Positions 1 through 8,785 of a DNA stretch of 64,000 bases are shown piece by piece. Each line of letters opens with the position of its first letter. The stretch's first letter is position 1. The position numbers and the translations under genes are program-made. A model generated the notes under the pieces. It searched no databases. It was not told the origin of the DNA and saw only the letters and a program-made list of their open reading frames with translations. Origin of the DNA: a virus. The stretch is from positions 2,601 to 66,600 of IMG/VR virus record IMGVR_UViG_3300022752_000059. One strand, 5' to 3'.

Positions 1-210
1 TACCGAGGAATCAACGGTCGTGCCCTCAGCGAACGGGTGCAGGAAGCCAAACTAATCTGTGTTGGATGCCCAGTGCAGATGCGGTGTCTTCGCTTCGCAG
101 TGAAGAATCACATCAAGTTTGGTATTTGGGGCGGTGTAGATATTGAGACACTGCACAACGTCAAACACAAGCGTTCAGTGCTTGCGAAGTTACGAGAATT
201 GCTCGAGTAG
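1..210 (+). CDS. whiB: WhiB-family transcriptional regulator (5' truncated by window)
   Basis: Frame 1 reads ...EAKLICVGCPVQMRCLRFAVKNHIKFGIWGG...LE*; has the CxxC-x5-C and GIWGG WhiB motifs; not in the ORF track. Confidence 0.85.
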   Translation, partial: YRGINGRALSERVQEAKLICVGCPVQMRCLRFAVKNHIKFGIWGGVDIETLHNVKHKRSVLAKLRELLE

Positions 211-1257
211 CGAGCGGAGGGTGTGGGCACCCGTATCGATATGGCGTGCCCACACTTTCTCCCTAAGCAATGCACCTTCTTCAGCCCTAGCGCTCGGGCT
301 CTTGAGAGCGTTGAGATGACGAATCCAATCTTTAGGTCGTTTTGCGACTCGTCCAGCACCCCAATCCTTTTGCAATGATACGTATGACGGCAGTGCCGAG
401 GCAACCCAAGGGATGCCCGACGCCGAATACTCAAGAAGTTTGATGTCGCTCTTTGCGTAATTGAACGGTGTGTCGCTCAACGGAGCGATGCCCACGTGCA
501 TGTCAAGTAGCGACGGGTAGTCGATTGCGTCGACGGCGGGCTTTGTGTTGACGAGGTGGTGCGATACTTTAAGTATCTCGTGCACGGGTGTGGCATGTGC
601 ATAGTGCCCGCTGTGTTGAAAACGAATCTCCCCACGTTGAATCATGGGAGCCAAGAGACTGGCAACCGTCTCAAGGTCTCCAGAACGGTGACTCGTGGCG
701 CCGACCCATCCCACCAATGGTGTTTGGTCGTCGGTGTGCACGACTGGGGTGAAGCGCTCGACATCCACAGTGTTGGGAGCCACGACGATCGGACACTTGA
801 CCCAGTCGCTGATGCGCTCCTGCAGATACTTAGTGGAAACGAGTACGAGGTCACTGCGTGCGAGCACCTTCTTGTAATGGTTTCGGTTCTCGTTTGGATT
901 GCGCTTTGGATGTGAAGACCAGAAGGCGTCATTCCTCGGGTCAAGTCCCCAGTACCAATCGTCCAAATCGTTGATGACGTATTGCCCCTGTGCTTGAGCC
1001 AGTTTGATGTGTTCTGGGAGATTCCCATGCATGAGGCGCTGAAGCACCACGATGTCAACGTCAACCATTTCATTGACATCGTCGATGATCGAGAAATGGG
1101 TGCGGTTCCATGCCAGAGTGCCTGAGACGACGAGGTGGTCTCCCAACTTGTCCAAATATTGACCTAGGCGAGCCCACCCAGAACCTCCCCAATGTGATTT
1201 GCCGTCTTTGGCTTTATGGGCGGAGAGATAATCACCGCTGGCGATTCCGATTCTCAT
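190..1257 (-). CDS. Glycosyltransferase (GT-B fold, GT4-like)
   Basis: VVLQR, DLDDWYW, VGWVG, and GIAPL..FN..KSDIKLLEYSASGIPWVAS motifs. Confidence 0.85.
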   Translation of the reverse strand: MRIGIASGDYLSAHKAKDGKSHWGGSGWARLGQYLDKLGDHLVVSGTLAWNRTHFSIIDDVNEMVDVDIVVLQRLMHGNLPEHIKLAQAQGQYVINDLDDWYWGLDPRNDAFWSSHPKRNPNENRNHYKKVLARSDLVLVSTKYLQERISDWVKCPIVVAPNTVDVERFTPVVHTDDQTPLVGWVGATSHRSGDLETVASLLAPMIQRGEIRFQHSGHYAHATPVHEILKVSHHLVNTKPAVDAIDYPSLLDMHVGIAPLSDTPFNYAKSDIKLLEYSASGIPWVASALPSYVSLQKDWGAGRVAKRPKDWIRHLNALKSPSARAEEGALLREKVWARHIDTGAHTLRSLLEQFS

Positions 1258-1412
1258 TCGGTCACCTCAAGTGGTAGCCACTTCTCCTTGCGGGAACTCC
1301 CACCACACCTGTGCATCGGTGGCTCGCTGAGAGCCACGTATACAACCAAGGACTGGTCGCAGTTAGGGCAGGAATACTTTGTTGCTTTCTTCTTCTTGTC
1401 GTCGGTGGTCAT
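1254..1412 (-). CDS. Small Zn-ribbon protein (52 aa)
   Basis: MTTDDKKKKATKYSCPNC...PPMHRC...; ATGA overlaps with both neighbours; below the ORF track cut-off. Confidence 0.65.
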   Translation of the reverse strand: MTTDDKKKKATKYSCPNCDQSLVVYVALSEPPMHRCGGSSRKEKWLPLEVTE

Positions 1413-1618
1413 TGTGCTTGTTTCCACGGGCGCCAGTCTCTGAGGAAGGCATTAATCTCACGTGCATCCCAAATTGGGGTGGCGGCAAGAACAAGCACGG
1501 GTTTTGGGAACTTCTTGTTTTTACGCAGGGCGTGGATGCGTTGTTTACTGACGCCCAGAGCCTTGGCAACCTCGCTGGTTCCTAAAATCTCTTCTGGTTT
1601 CAATGTGTAGTGTTCCAT
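1409..1618 (-). CDS. Small HTH DNA-binding protein (AlpA/excisionase-like)
   Basis: ILGTSEVAKALGVSKQRI...FPKPV...PIWD..EI..F. Confidence 0.8.
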   Translation of the reverse strand: MEHYTLKPEEILGTSEVAKALGVSKQRIHALRKNKKFPKPVLVLAATPIWDAREINAFLRDWRPWKQAQ

Positions 1619-1625
1619 GGCGTAC

Positions 1626-1655
1626 AGCGTACACGTCGATCGTGTACAACGTCAA
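1626..1655 (-). promoter_or_regulatory. SigA-type promoter with an inverted-repeat operator; leaderless mRNA
   Basis: TTGACG-N18-TACGCT-N7-ATG; inverted repeat GTACACG-N5-CGTGTAC at 1629-1647. Confidence 0.6.
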
Positions 1656-1659
1656 CGAA

Positions 1660-2235
1660 CTACGGGCTCCAATGTCCGAGTCCGCCGTTGTCGTACAGAT
1701 AGCGAGCGACCGCCAGATTGCAGTCAATATCAAACAGCACAGTCATGTCTCCCTTTGATGTCCCGCAAACATTCGCTGTGACCGTCCGCCACGTGCTGTT
1801 GATTTGCAAGAGACCGTAGTCCTGAGACTTGTCACGGTTCAGGGTCTTGTTGTGGGCATTGACGAGGCAACGGCTCTCTCTCCATGCGATATACGAGAAC
1901 ACTTTGACGGGCAGTCCGTACTGGGCGAATTTGTCTTCCCACTGCGGACAGCGCATGGTGAGGTCGGATGGGATGCGCTTTCGTGGCGTGTCCTGCACCA
2001 GCGGTTGCGGAAGGGTAGTCGTCGTTGGGGCTGGTTTGGTCGTGGTCGTAGATTCCACGGGGATTGGCTCAATTTGGGTAATGACAGCGTCGGTGGTAGT
2101 GGTTTCTACCTTGCTGACCGTCTCCGCAAACAGCGAACCAAAGACGAGTGTGTATATGACTGCAAATGGGACTAGCGCTTTCTCTAACAACTTCTCTCCT
2201 AACGTTGGCGGATAAAGCAAGACGCCCCAAGCCAA
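1660..2235 (-). CDS. Membrane-anchored or secreted lysozyme-like lytic transglycosylase (SLT)
   Basis: N-terminal hydrophobic helix, Thr/Pro linker, IAWRES..DYGLLQIN..W...N..VA.YLY...G.GHW; start uncertain. Confidence 0.75.
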   Translation of the reverse strand: MAWGVLLYPPTLGEKLLEKALVPFAVIYTLVFGSLFAETVSKVETTTTDAVITQIEPIPVESTTTTKPAPTTTTLPQPLVQDTPRKRIPSDLTMRCPQWEDKFAQYGLPVKVFSYIAWRESRCLVNAHNKTLNRDKSQDYGLLQINSTWRTVTANVCGTSKGDMTVLFDIDCNLAVARYLYDNGGLGHWSP

Positions 2236-2270
2236 ACCTTTCGGTGCTGTCTTGGAGCGTTACTTCTAGT

Positions 2271-2696
2271 TTACTGGTCGTTAGGCGGAATCAACGTAAA
2301 CTTTAACTTTTCCAAGTCGGTCAATTCATCGATCATTTTAGGAATCTTCTCAATGTTTGTTTTTTCAATCTTCTGAGCGTGCGCTTTAAAGCATTCTGGG
2401 CATCGGCAACCTTGTCGATAACGCACCCACGTACCGTGTGGACGTAAGGCATTCTTCTTTGGGGTTGTCGTATTGAGCACCGTGCGTTCTTGCGGTGTGA
2501 GTCCACCCCACATGCCGTGCTTTTCTTCACGCCCGTTTTCTAAGCACTTCCTCCATACGGGACATTGTCGGCAAACTAATCGTGCAATTGAGTAATACGA
2601 TTCGGGGTTGTCCGCTTCGAGTGGTGGAAACCAGAGGTCGATGTGCCGTTCTTTGCAAAGGGCGTCGTGCCTCCAGTTTCCACCAGTCGATTTCAA
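2271..2696 (-). CDS. whiB: WhiB-family regulator with a C-terminal Cys/His motif
   Basis: W..DALC...WFP...CRQCPV..KC...GMWGGLTPQER, followed by HGT..RY..GCRC..C. Confidence 0.9.
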   Translation of the reverse strand: MKSTGGNWRHDALCKERHIDLWFPPLEADNPESYYSIARLVCRQCPVWRKCLENGREEKHGMWGGLTPQERTVLNTTTPKKNALRPHGTWVRYRQGCRCPECFKAHAQKIEKTNIEKIPKMIDELTDLEKLKFTLIPPNDQ

Positions 2697-3070
2697 CGGA
2701 GATACGGCTTTGACTGCTTAAGTGACTTCGCTCCCTCCACGAGCGATGGGTCGATGCGACCAATGGTGAGTTCTGCCTCCAGCAGATGTTTATTGAGTTT
2801 GCGCTCAGTGATGCGATTCCACTGGGCAGTGGTCAACGTGGACTCCAGCACCGACTCGTTCCATACGGTGGTGTTGGATTGGATGAGGTTGATCTTTCCG
2901 AGGGACGTGGTCAAGGACGTCAGACCTTGCTCACGAAACTCGGCAATGATTGCCTCGTCCACTTTTGCCAGTTGTTCGGTGAGTTCGTCAAGTTGCCTCT
3001 TCAACAACTGTCGGGACTCAATGGTTGTTACAAGTGCCTCCGCTTTGCGGTCGGCTGGTTTGGTTGTCAT
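2693..3070 (-). CDS. Hypothetical coiled-coil phage protein
   Basis: Start re-called to ATG 3070, 7 nt after a -10 box; loosely similar in pattern to 19301..19714. Confidence 0.6.
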   Translation of the reverse strand: MTTKPADRKAEALVTTIESRQLLKRQLDELTEQLAKVDEAIIAEFREQGLTSLTTSLGKINLIQSNTTVWNESVLESTLTTAQWNRITERKLNKHLLEAELTIGRIDPSLVEGAKSLKQSKPYLR

Positions 3071-3077
3071 GGATAAC

Positions 3078-3106
3078 ACGGTATCAGACGGGTGTATCAG
3101 AGTCAA
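3078..3106 (-). promoter_or_regulatory. SigA-type promoter; leaderless mRNA
   Basis: TTGACT-N17-TACCGT-N7-ATG. Confidence 0.55.
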
Positions 3107-3416
3107 ACAATAAATCGTTGACCCTGTTGTCCCTTAGCGGGCGCAATGCGCCCTCCACGGCGTTGTAAATGGCTTCACGCAACGAATCAAACTGCTTGGT
3201 CAAGAGAAGGTTCTCATTCTTAACTCGTATGGATTCGTTTATGGTGTCGATGACCTTTTCCCATCCACCGAGAAGCACTTCGATTTTTGACATACCGCAC
3301 TTCTCTTCAAAGTCACGGATGGTTATCGGGGACGTCGAGCAAAGCAACGAAGGCAATGCAGCGATGACGGCAGTCAACCTCGAGCATTCCCTGCCAAGCG
3401 CATCTGCGTATGACAA
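3084..3416 (-). CDS. Hypothetical protein
   Basis: ORF fills the gap; TTG start just after the upstream stop. Confidence 0.5.
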   Translation of the reverse strand: MSYADALGRECSRLTAVIAALPSLLCSTSPITIRDFEEKCGMSKIEVLLGGWEKVIDTINESIRVKNENLLLTKQFDSLREAIYNAVEGALRPLRDNRVNDLLFDSDTPV

Positions 3417-3420
3417 ATGG

Positions 3421-3720
3421 TTAGAGGTCTTGGCGGGTGACACAATCCCATCCACATGCGGCATAGCCAATATTGTCAACCCAGTGATCTTTCTTCTCTG
3501 GGCTCCACGTAGTGCGTGAAATCTTCAGCAGTTGCATCATGACTGCGACGTCATGTGGCTTGAGAATCAAACCTTTTCGTCGTTCCATGATGCGGAGGAG
3601 ATACGTTTCCCAGAACTCGGCTGTGGTGGCAAAGTCTTGGATGGGGTCTCCGTAATCAGCATTCCTGTCGCCGTTGACAAGGTTGTCTGCTTCTTTGACT
3701 ACTTCACTGCGGGCGTTCAT
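3421..3720 (-). CDS. DUF6378-like phage protein (often next to nucleotide enzymes)
   Basis: GDRNADYGDP..DF...A.FW...DVA.MM.LLKISR...DHWVD..GYAAC; ATGA overlap. Confidence 0.75.
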   Translation of the reverse strand: MNARSEVVKEADNLVNGDRNADYGDPIQDFATTAEFWETYLLRIMERRKGLILKPHDVAVMMQLLKISRTTWSPEKKDHWVDNIGYAACGWDCVTRQDL

Positions 3721-4334
3721 GCGTTTACCTTCCTCTTGGCAATGTTTCTGTTGTACTTGAGAACGAACTCGAAAAAGTTGTACATGAGAACTACACGACG
3801 CTTCGTGGCGTGGTGACGGTTCCAAGGCTGATCGTAGAGGAATGCAAGAACTCCAATTTCTTCCAAGGCTTTGAAGTTGTCCACGCTGTCTTCAATCATC
3901 GCAATCTCGTATTCGGGGCAGTACTTATCCCCGTAATAGGTGCGGACGTGGTGAGCAATGTCGGTCTTCATGGGAGTGAATACGAGGGTGTCATACTTGA
4001 TTCCCCAACGTTCCAACCATTCTGCAGTTTGCTCTTCGGCTTCCTTTGGTCGGTTAGTGACGATGTGTACTCGGTAGTTCTGGGCAGAGAACTTGTTGAC
4101 AATCTCTTTGACCGATGGCTCGGGCGGATACTGGGCGAACAAGTTGGCGTCTTTGGTTCCGTCAATAATCCACTGCTCAAATTCCTCCGATGACAAGCCC
4201 CATTCTCTGTAGAACTCCCATGTCGTTGGCTCGGGGAGATCGTCACGCCCCATCCTGTTTGATGCGTACTCATAGAACGCTTTGGAGAATGGATAGCAGA
4301 CCCCGTCAAGGTCAATGCCGATGTCAGTAATCAT
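3717..4334 (-). CDS. HAD-family 5'(3')-deoxyribonucleotidase-like phosphatase
   Basis: IDLDGV motif I, VTNR motif II, MIEDS motif IV, QPWN. Confidence 0.85.
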   Translation of the reverse strand: MITDIGIDLDGVCYPFSKAFYEYASNRMGRDDLPEPTTWEFYREWGLSSEEFEQWIIDGTKDANLFAQYPPEPSVKEIVNKFSAQNYRVHIVTNRPKEAEEQTAEWLERWGIKYDTLVFTPMKTDIAHHVRTYYGDKYCPEYEIAMIEDSVDNFKALEEIGVLAFLYDQPWNRHHATKRRVVLMYNFFEFVLKYNRNIAKRKVNA

Positions 4335-4344
4335 GAGGACAGAG

Positions 4345-4375
4345 AGATTACCTGTCCAACTATTGCTACTGTCAA
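4345..4375 (-). promoter_or_regulatory. SigA-type promoter with a long spacer
   Basis: TTGACA-N19-TAATCT, 10 nt before ATG 4334. Confidence 0.45.
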
Positions 4376-5823
4376 CTATCTTCCGACAAATCCAAAATCT
4401 CGGTGTAAAGGGCGTTGGTCTGCTGAGCGTTCAACCCGCCACCCTCCAGTGCTCTGGCTTGGTCTCCTGCACGGGCTCCAAAAATACGGCTGAGGACGCC
4501 ACTCGAGGCTCTGGCTTCCACCTCAAGGCGAAGAGTGTCACGACTGTCATTAATGTTCTTGAAACGCTCAATGAGCGAGAACAGCCTGTCCATTTCGGCT
4601 GACAGGACGGGGTCAAGTCCCTGACCTTCCAGTTCCTCAGCGAACCGAGCAAACATGACACGGCTCACTTGCATCTCGACCATGGCTCGAAGGGCGGCTT
4701 GCAACTGGTCTTTGGTTCGAATCTCTACGGGCATCTTGAAGGCACATTCTGAATGTTCCTTGAATGCAGGGCATCGGGTGCTCAAATAGCAATTATCGCA
4801 CTGACGCAAAAGTACGCCTGTGTTGCGAATGACTGGAACGACCTCAGGGTCGATTTCTATTGATTCTCCTTGATCATTTTCAACTTGTGTACCCATCGAA
4901 GTGATGTGCTCAATGCCCATAACTGGTAGCAATAAGCGCTCGCTTTCGTGCCGCTTCTCGGGCACGTTGATACCAATAGTTGACCCCCCAGAAACCGCTA
5001 AATCCCCACTTGGTGTTTCACCCTGATTAATTGCTAATTGACCATCTGCATCGAGTGAGAACTCGTGCTCGTCGCCGTCAGTTGTGGGGTCATAGCCCTT
5101 GTACATATCAGTCATAAACGTGTGGCTCTCCCATTGTTGCCATGAGCGAATAGCGAGCAATCCCACTGCACTGACCTCGTCGTTCTCAATCTCATCTGGA
5201 TTTAGCCCGAGGCGAATGATGTCGGCTCGGTGACGCTTGCGGGCGCTTTCTTTTTGCTGGGCAGGGTAGCGACGGAGCCCATGCCCGTCCCAGACTTGTG
5301 TTTCTCCGTACCTAATGGCACTCGTCCACGAGCCCACGACGACGGTATCCCATGGGATACGTTCGATTAGATCGGTCTTGGACGTGATGCCCACCAGTTT
5401 GGCTCCCCATCTCTGGGCGATGCCATTGATGCGATTCTGATTTCTGGCATCAATGGCTTTGTCGCTAACGGCGGCTCTACCGTATTTCTGGCAGAGGAAG
5501 GCGAGGCGCTCAAGGTCTTGGTCGTCGTTCCAGATGGGGACGTACTTCTCTCCGAGCCACGTTCCGTCGTATTCAGGACGTCCGATGACCATGGTCAGAT
5601 TGTCGGCATTGTCCCGAAGGAACATGTCGTAACGTGCCGTGTCCTCGTCGTTCTCCGAGGTGTAGACAATGATTTCCCCGCTGGCGAACATCGCTGGCAG
5701 GTCTAGGGCTTTCCTCTTTGGTAGTGGGAAGTGCGTCAGGTTGATGGCGAAACGCTGTACGCCAGCATTGACCAACATGTTCCTGTAGGAACCCTTTTCC
5801 GCACCACCAAAGAAGACACGCAC
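4372..5823 (-). CDS. Divergent TGT/DpdA-like TIM-barrel protein fused to a Cys4 metal-binding and helical C-terminal domain
   Basis: KLVGITS..LIERIPWDTVVVGSWTSAIRYG resembles the HxxG..PW.SVDSxSW...RYG segment of phage TGT-like proteins; CDNC-x5-C-x8-C. Confidence 0.5.
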   Translation of the reverse strand: MRVFFGGAEKGSYRNMLVNAGVQRFAINLTHFPLPKRKALDLPAMFASGEIIVYTSENDEDTARYDMFLRDNADNLTMVIGRPEYDGTWLGEKYVPIWNDDQDLERLAFLCQKYGRAAVSDKAIDARNQNRINGIAQRWGAKLVGITSKTDLIERIPWDTVVVGSWTSAIRYGETQVWDGHGLRRYPAQQKESARKRHRADIIRLGLNPDEIENDEVSAVGLLAIRSWQQWESHTFMTDMYKGYDPTTDGDEHEFSLDADGQLAINQGETPSGDLAVSGGSTIGINVPEKRHESERLLLPVMGIEHITSMGTQVENDQGESIEIDPEVVPVIRNTGVLLRQCDNCYLSTRCPAFKEHSECAFKMPVEIRTKDQLQAALRAMVEMQVSRVMFARFAEELEGQGLDPVLSAEMDRLFSLIERFKNINDSRDTLRLEVEARASSGVLSRIFGARAGDQARALEGGGLNAQQTNALYTEILDLSEDS

Positions 5824-5835
5824 AATTCGATTATC

Positions 5836-6075
5836 TCACGCTGGATAAGTCTTGCGCCATTGCGACGGGGAGTGGTTCTGCTCCACGAGCATGGCGTCAA
5901 GGTCGTCTTGGTAGAGCCTAATGACAGGAATACATGGGTCTCCGCCATCCATGAACTCGCTCTCTTCGTCCTCGGTCATTGGCATGCCGTCATGTGTTTC
6001 ACATACAACTGGACCGCAAAACTTATGCTCCAGTCCATAGGCAAGCCATTCTTCCCTTGTCATTTCAGTTGACAT
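5836..6075 (-). CDS. Small acidic Cys/His protein
   Basis: MSTEMTREEWL..G....FC.PVVC.THDG.P...E...GGDPC..VIR. Confidence 0.65.
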   Translation of the reverse strand: MSTEMTREEWLAYGLEHKFCGPVVCETHDGMPMTEDEESEFMDGGDPCIPVIRLYQDDLDAMLVEQNHSPSQWRKTYPA

Positions 6076-6541
6076 CTTCCCAGTTTCTTTCTGCCCATGC
6101 AAGGCGTTGAGTTTCAATCTCTGTTACCAGTGAATCCCAACCCTTGTGGTTCTTTTCTGTAGTCCACTCGGGTCGAACCACGTGTGGAATTGTAACGAGC
6201 ATTGTGGGGATTCCACCCCTGACAGCCTTGGAAATCGTGTGCGGATCGACATCGATGTACCACGTAATTTTCCCGTACACCGACCTCAGAGCATCTATTC
6301 TTTTGTACTTGGATTCTGGGTCATCCTCAACAATTGTGTCTACCGTCGACGCTTTGTAGTTTTCTCTTTTGAGCCACGTAGCGCACATCTCTGGCTCGTC
6401 GACGCCTGCACCAAAGACGATGATTCGACCATTGAACGCAGGAAACAAGACGTTCCAGAGACGGCGTCCGTCCACTGTCGGCTGTCGGGCTCCAACCACC
6501 CCGCTGGGAAAAGCCAATACATCGAAATTAACGACTATCAC
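6065..6541 (-). CDS. Degenerate HAD-fold-like protein
   Basis: VIVVNFDVLA...WYIDVDP...GIPTML pattern lacks the first motif-I Asp; GTGA overlap start. Confidence 0.5.
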   Translation of the reverse strand: MIVVNFDVLAFPSGVVGARQPTVDGRRLWNVLFPAFNGRIIVFGAGVDEPEMCATWLKRENYKASTVDTIVEDDPESKYKRIDALRSVYGKITWYIDVDPHTISKAVRGGIPTMLVTIPHVVRPEWTTEKNHKGWDSLVTEIETQRLAWAERNWEDVN

Positions 6542-7023
6542 TTGTCGTACAGCCCAAGCATCTTGCGCTCTTTGTGCGTATACCAAGCAGCGGCTGGGCA
6601 GTACATGCAGAGATACTGGCGCTTCTCGATGGGGACACCAATCTTGCGACCAATCGTCTTAGACTCATCGCACCAGTCAATACACCCGCTATTTGGTCGG
6701 TTGTGGCGATTAAAACAGTTGAGGGCGTCGACCTTGAGTTCGTCACGGAAGTCCTTAATGTAAATGTCGTGGCTCTTAAGTTCATTCTTGATGGCGGTCT
6801 CGGCATCAAGTTTGTCGGCGGTGTCTTTGTCGGTGCGGAAAATGAGGGCACGCCAGTTGTCAGCATCCTGATGGCGAGCCTTGTGGCGCTCAAGAACGTC
6901 AATCAATTCCATGTCGTACTCTGGGGCACCGTCATACGGGCGCATCTTGTAGATGACTCCGTCGGACTTTTTACCGTTGATTACCCGCCAACAGACGAGA
7001 AGACGGTTTGCTGGTTCGGACAT
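6538..7023 (-). CDS. Hypothetical Cys/His-rich protein
   Basis: RBS AGGAG; CFNRHNRP..GC.DW...YLCMYCP. Confidence 0.65.
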   Translation of the reverse strand: MSEPANRLLVCWRVINGKKSDGVIYKMRPYDGAPEYDMELIDVLERHKARHQDADNWRALIFRTDKDTADKLDAETAIKNELKSHDIYIKDFRDELKVDALNCFNRHNRPNSGCIDWCDESKTIGRKIGVPIEKRQYLCMYCPAAAWYTHKERKMLGLYDK

Positions 7024-7118
7024 GTGGTGCTCCTGACTTGTTACGTGGATTGTAATCGTTTTCTCAAGTGTGAGAAAAGTAACCAAATTATTAATTTAAG
7101 TTTTTAGGACGTGCTCAA

Positions 7119-7391
7119 TTAATCGCTAGATCGGAAGGAAGGTTTCCAATTTCTTTGCTCATGTGCTTTTTGTTCTGTTTGTTTTCTGCGACTGAAATCA
7201 TCCAAATTTTCATACGATCCTCGACCAGGCTTGTCTACAGGGAACATATAACCACGGGTATCATCACCTTCCCCATGACCCCAAAACCAATATTGATCAC
7301 CGCTGTTCTTATGAAAAAGGGTGTCGCCTAATTTGAGACCTCTGCCAACTTTTCGCCTTGGGTTGTGTGCTTCGTCTTTACCTTTAGCCAT
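7119..7391 (-). CDS. Small protein with shared N-terminal tag
   Basis: MAKGKDEAHNPRRKV... Confidence 0.65.
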   Translation of the reverse strand: MAKGKDEAHNPRRKVGRGLKLGDTLFHKNSGDQYWFWGHGEGDDTRGYMFPVDKPGRGSYENLDDFSRRKQTEQKAHEQRNWKPSFRSSD

Positions 7392-7603
7392 TATCGAGTA
7401 CCCAACCCTTTCTCAAGGTGCGCATCCATCGTGGTGCGCTGGGTCATCTGGACGTTGTACTGCGGTTGCAGGACGGTGGCACGCTCGATGACGTGCTCCA
7501 TCTCTGGCTCGCCGCCACGGTCGGGAGTCAAGTTCTTGAACTTGCCGTCGTTGGCGCCGAGACGCAGGTCATTGTTCATTGATCGAGTTTCGTTCACAGC
7601 CAT
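7391..7603 (-). CDS. Small hypothetical protein (leaderless)
   Basis: TAAAAT-N6-ATG; TAATG coupling to the next gene. Confidence 0.65.
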   Translation of the reverse strand: MAVNETRSMNNDLRLGANDGKFKNLTPDRGGEPEMEHVIERATVLQPQYNVQMTQRTTMDAHLEKGLGTR

Positions 7604-7634
7604 AGTTCTATTTTACCTCACTTGTTGATGAAGG

Positions 7635-8783
7635 TTAGTCGAGCCAACCCTTTGATATTTCTTTCCAATTTTCTGCTATCAATCTTTTGCCGACATCCCC
7701 TATGGCGGATTTGCCCTTCTTTGATGGGCGGGTCGTTGTTCTGTTCGTAGGAGGAGTGGTCACTGGTTGGGAAGTACTCGGTGTCGGTCGGTTGGTTTCA
7801 GGAAACATCGATCGACGTTGTTGTTGTGTTTGTGCCGACTGATCTTTCCATGCTTGAGCAGCAGGGCTCTGACGAAGACGCTTAAAGATGTCATCAATAG
7901 CATTCGGTACTGCTGGAGCCACGGGAGCACCACCCTCACGTCTGGCACGTGCCTCTCTTGCCCTTTGCTGGCGCTCACGCACCTCTGGGGACGTTTCAAT
8001 CGTTGGAGACGTACGAGGCGGAGCCATCGGAGGAGCAGCGGGTGGTGTAGTTGCAGGAGGCGTTGACAGTGGGCTCGACGGTGGTGGAGGAGGCGTTGCC
8101 GAGGGTGGAGCCAGCGGACTGGTCGGAGGTGGGGGTGGCGTTGCCGAAGGAGGAGTGGCGATTGGTCCGTATGCAGGAGGCACCGTGATTAGTGGGGTAG
8201 ACGGCGGCGGAGGAACTGCGCCAGTGGTTCCAGTAGTCATTGTTGCGGGAGTTGCGGCAGGTGAACCACCAGCAGGAGTTGCGGCAGGTGAACCACCAGC
8301 AGGAGGTGAGGCAGGTGAATCACCAGCAGGAGTTGCACCACGTCGACGTGCTAGCCTACCTCCACCAGCGGGAGCGGGGGCGGGTGAACCACCAGCGGGA
8401 GCAGGGGCTGCGCCAAAGGCGGGAGCGCCTGCTGGAGGAGTTGCGGGAGCACCAGCGGCGGGTTTTGGTTTTTCTCCAAAAAACAATCTGTTGTACATCA
8501 ATGAACTAACTGAAGAGGTATCCAAAGGTGGTTGATTTGGATTTCTCATTCGTGAATCACGAGTAAAGTCGGCTTGCACTCCAGCGGATGGCGGTTGAAA
8601 ACGAGAGCCAGAAGGTTGAATACCTTCTTTGAAACGACCTTCAGATAATGGTGTGGTTGGTGTATTTACAGAACCATAATCACGAAAACGTTGAATGTTT
8701 TGACGGTAACGGGTTACTTGTACAGGATTTTTGCCGTACGAACCTGTGTCGTAGTCGTAGTCAAAAGATTCACCACGTGCCAT
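7635..8783 (-). CDS. Pro/Ala-rich intrinsically disordered protein
   Basis: MARGES... start; PAGGSPAAT and PPSATPPPPP repeats. Confidence 0.65.
   Translation of the reverse strand: MARGESFDYDYDTGSYGKNPVQVTRYRQNIQRFRDYGSVNTPTTPLSEGRFKEGIQPSGSRFQPPSAGVQADFTRDSRMRNPNQPPLDTSSVSSLMYNRLFFGEKPKPAAGAPATPPAGAPAFGAAPAPAGGSPAPAPAGGGRLARRRGATPAGDSPASPPAGGSPAATPAGGSPAATPATMTTGTTGAVPPPPSTPLITVPPAYGPIATPPSATPPPPPTSPLAPPSATPPPPPSSPLSTPPATTPPAAPPMAPPRTSPTIETSPEVRERQQRAREARARREGGAPVAPAVPNAIDDIFKRLRQSPAAQAWKDQSAQTQQQRRSMFPETNRPTPSTSQPVTTPPTNRTTTRPSKKGKSAIGDVGKRLIAENWKEISKGWLD
8244..8400. repeat. 27-bp coding tandem repeat (PAGGSPAAT)
   Basis: gcggcaggtgaaccaccagcaggagtt units and degenerate copies. Confidence 0.8.
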
Positions 8784-8785
8784 GA

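Noticed and set aside
7888-8535. 215-aa Gly-rich plus-strand ORF
   Set aside because: Reverse complement of the Pro-rich gene; no start context
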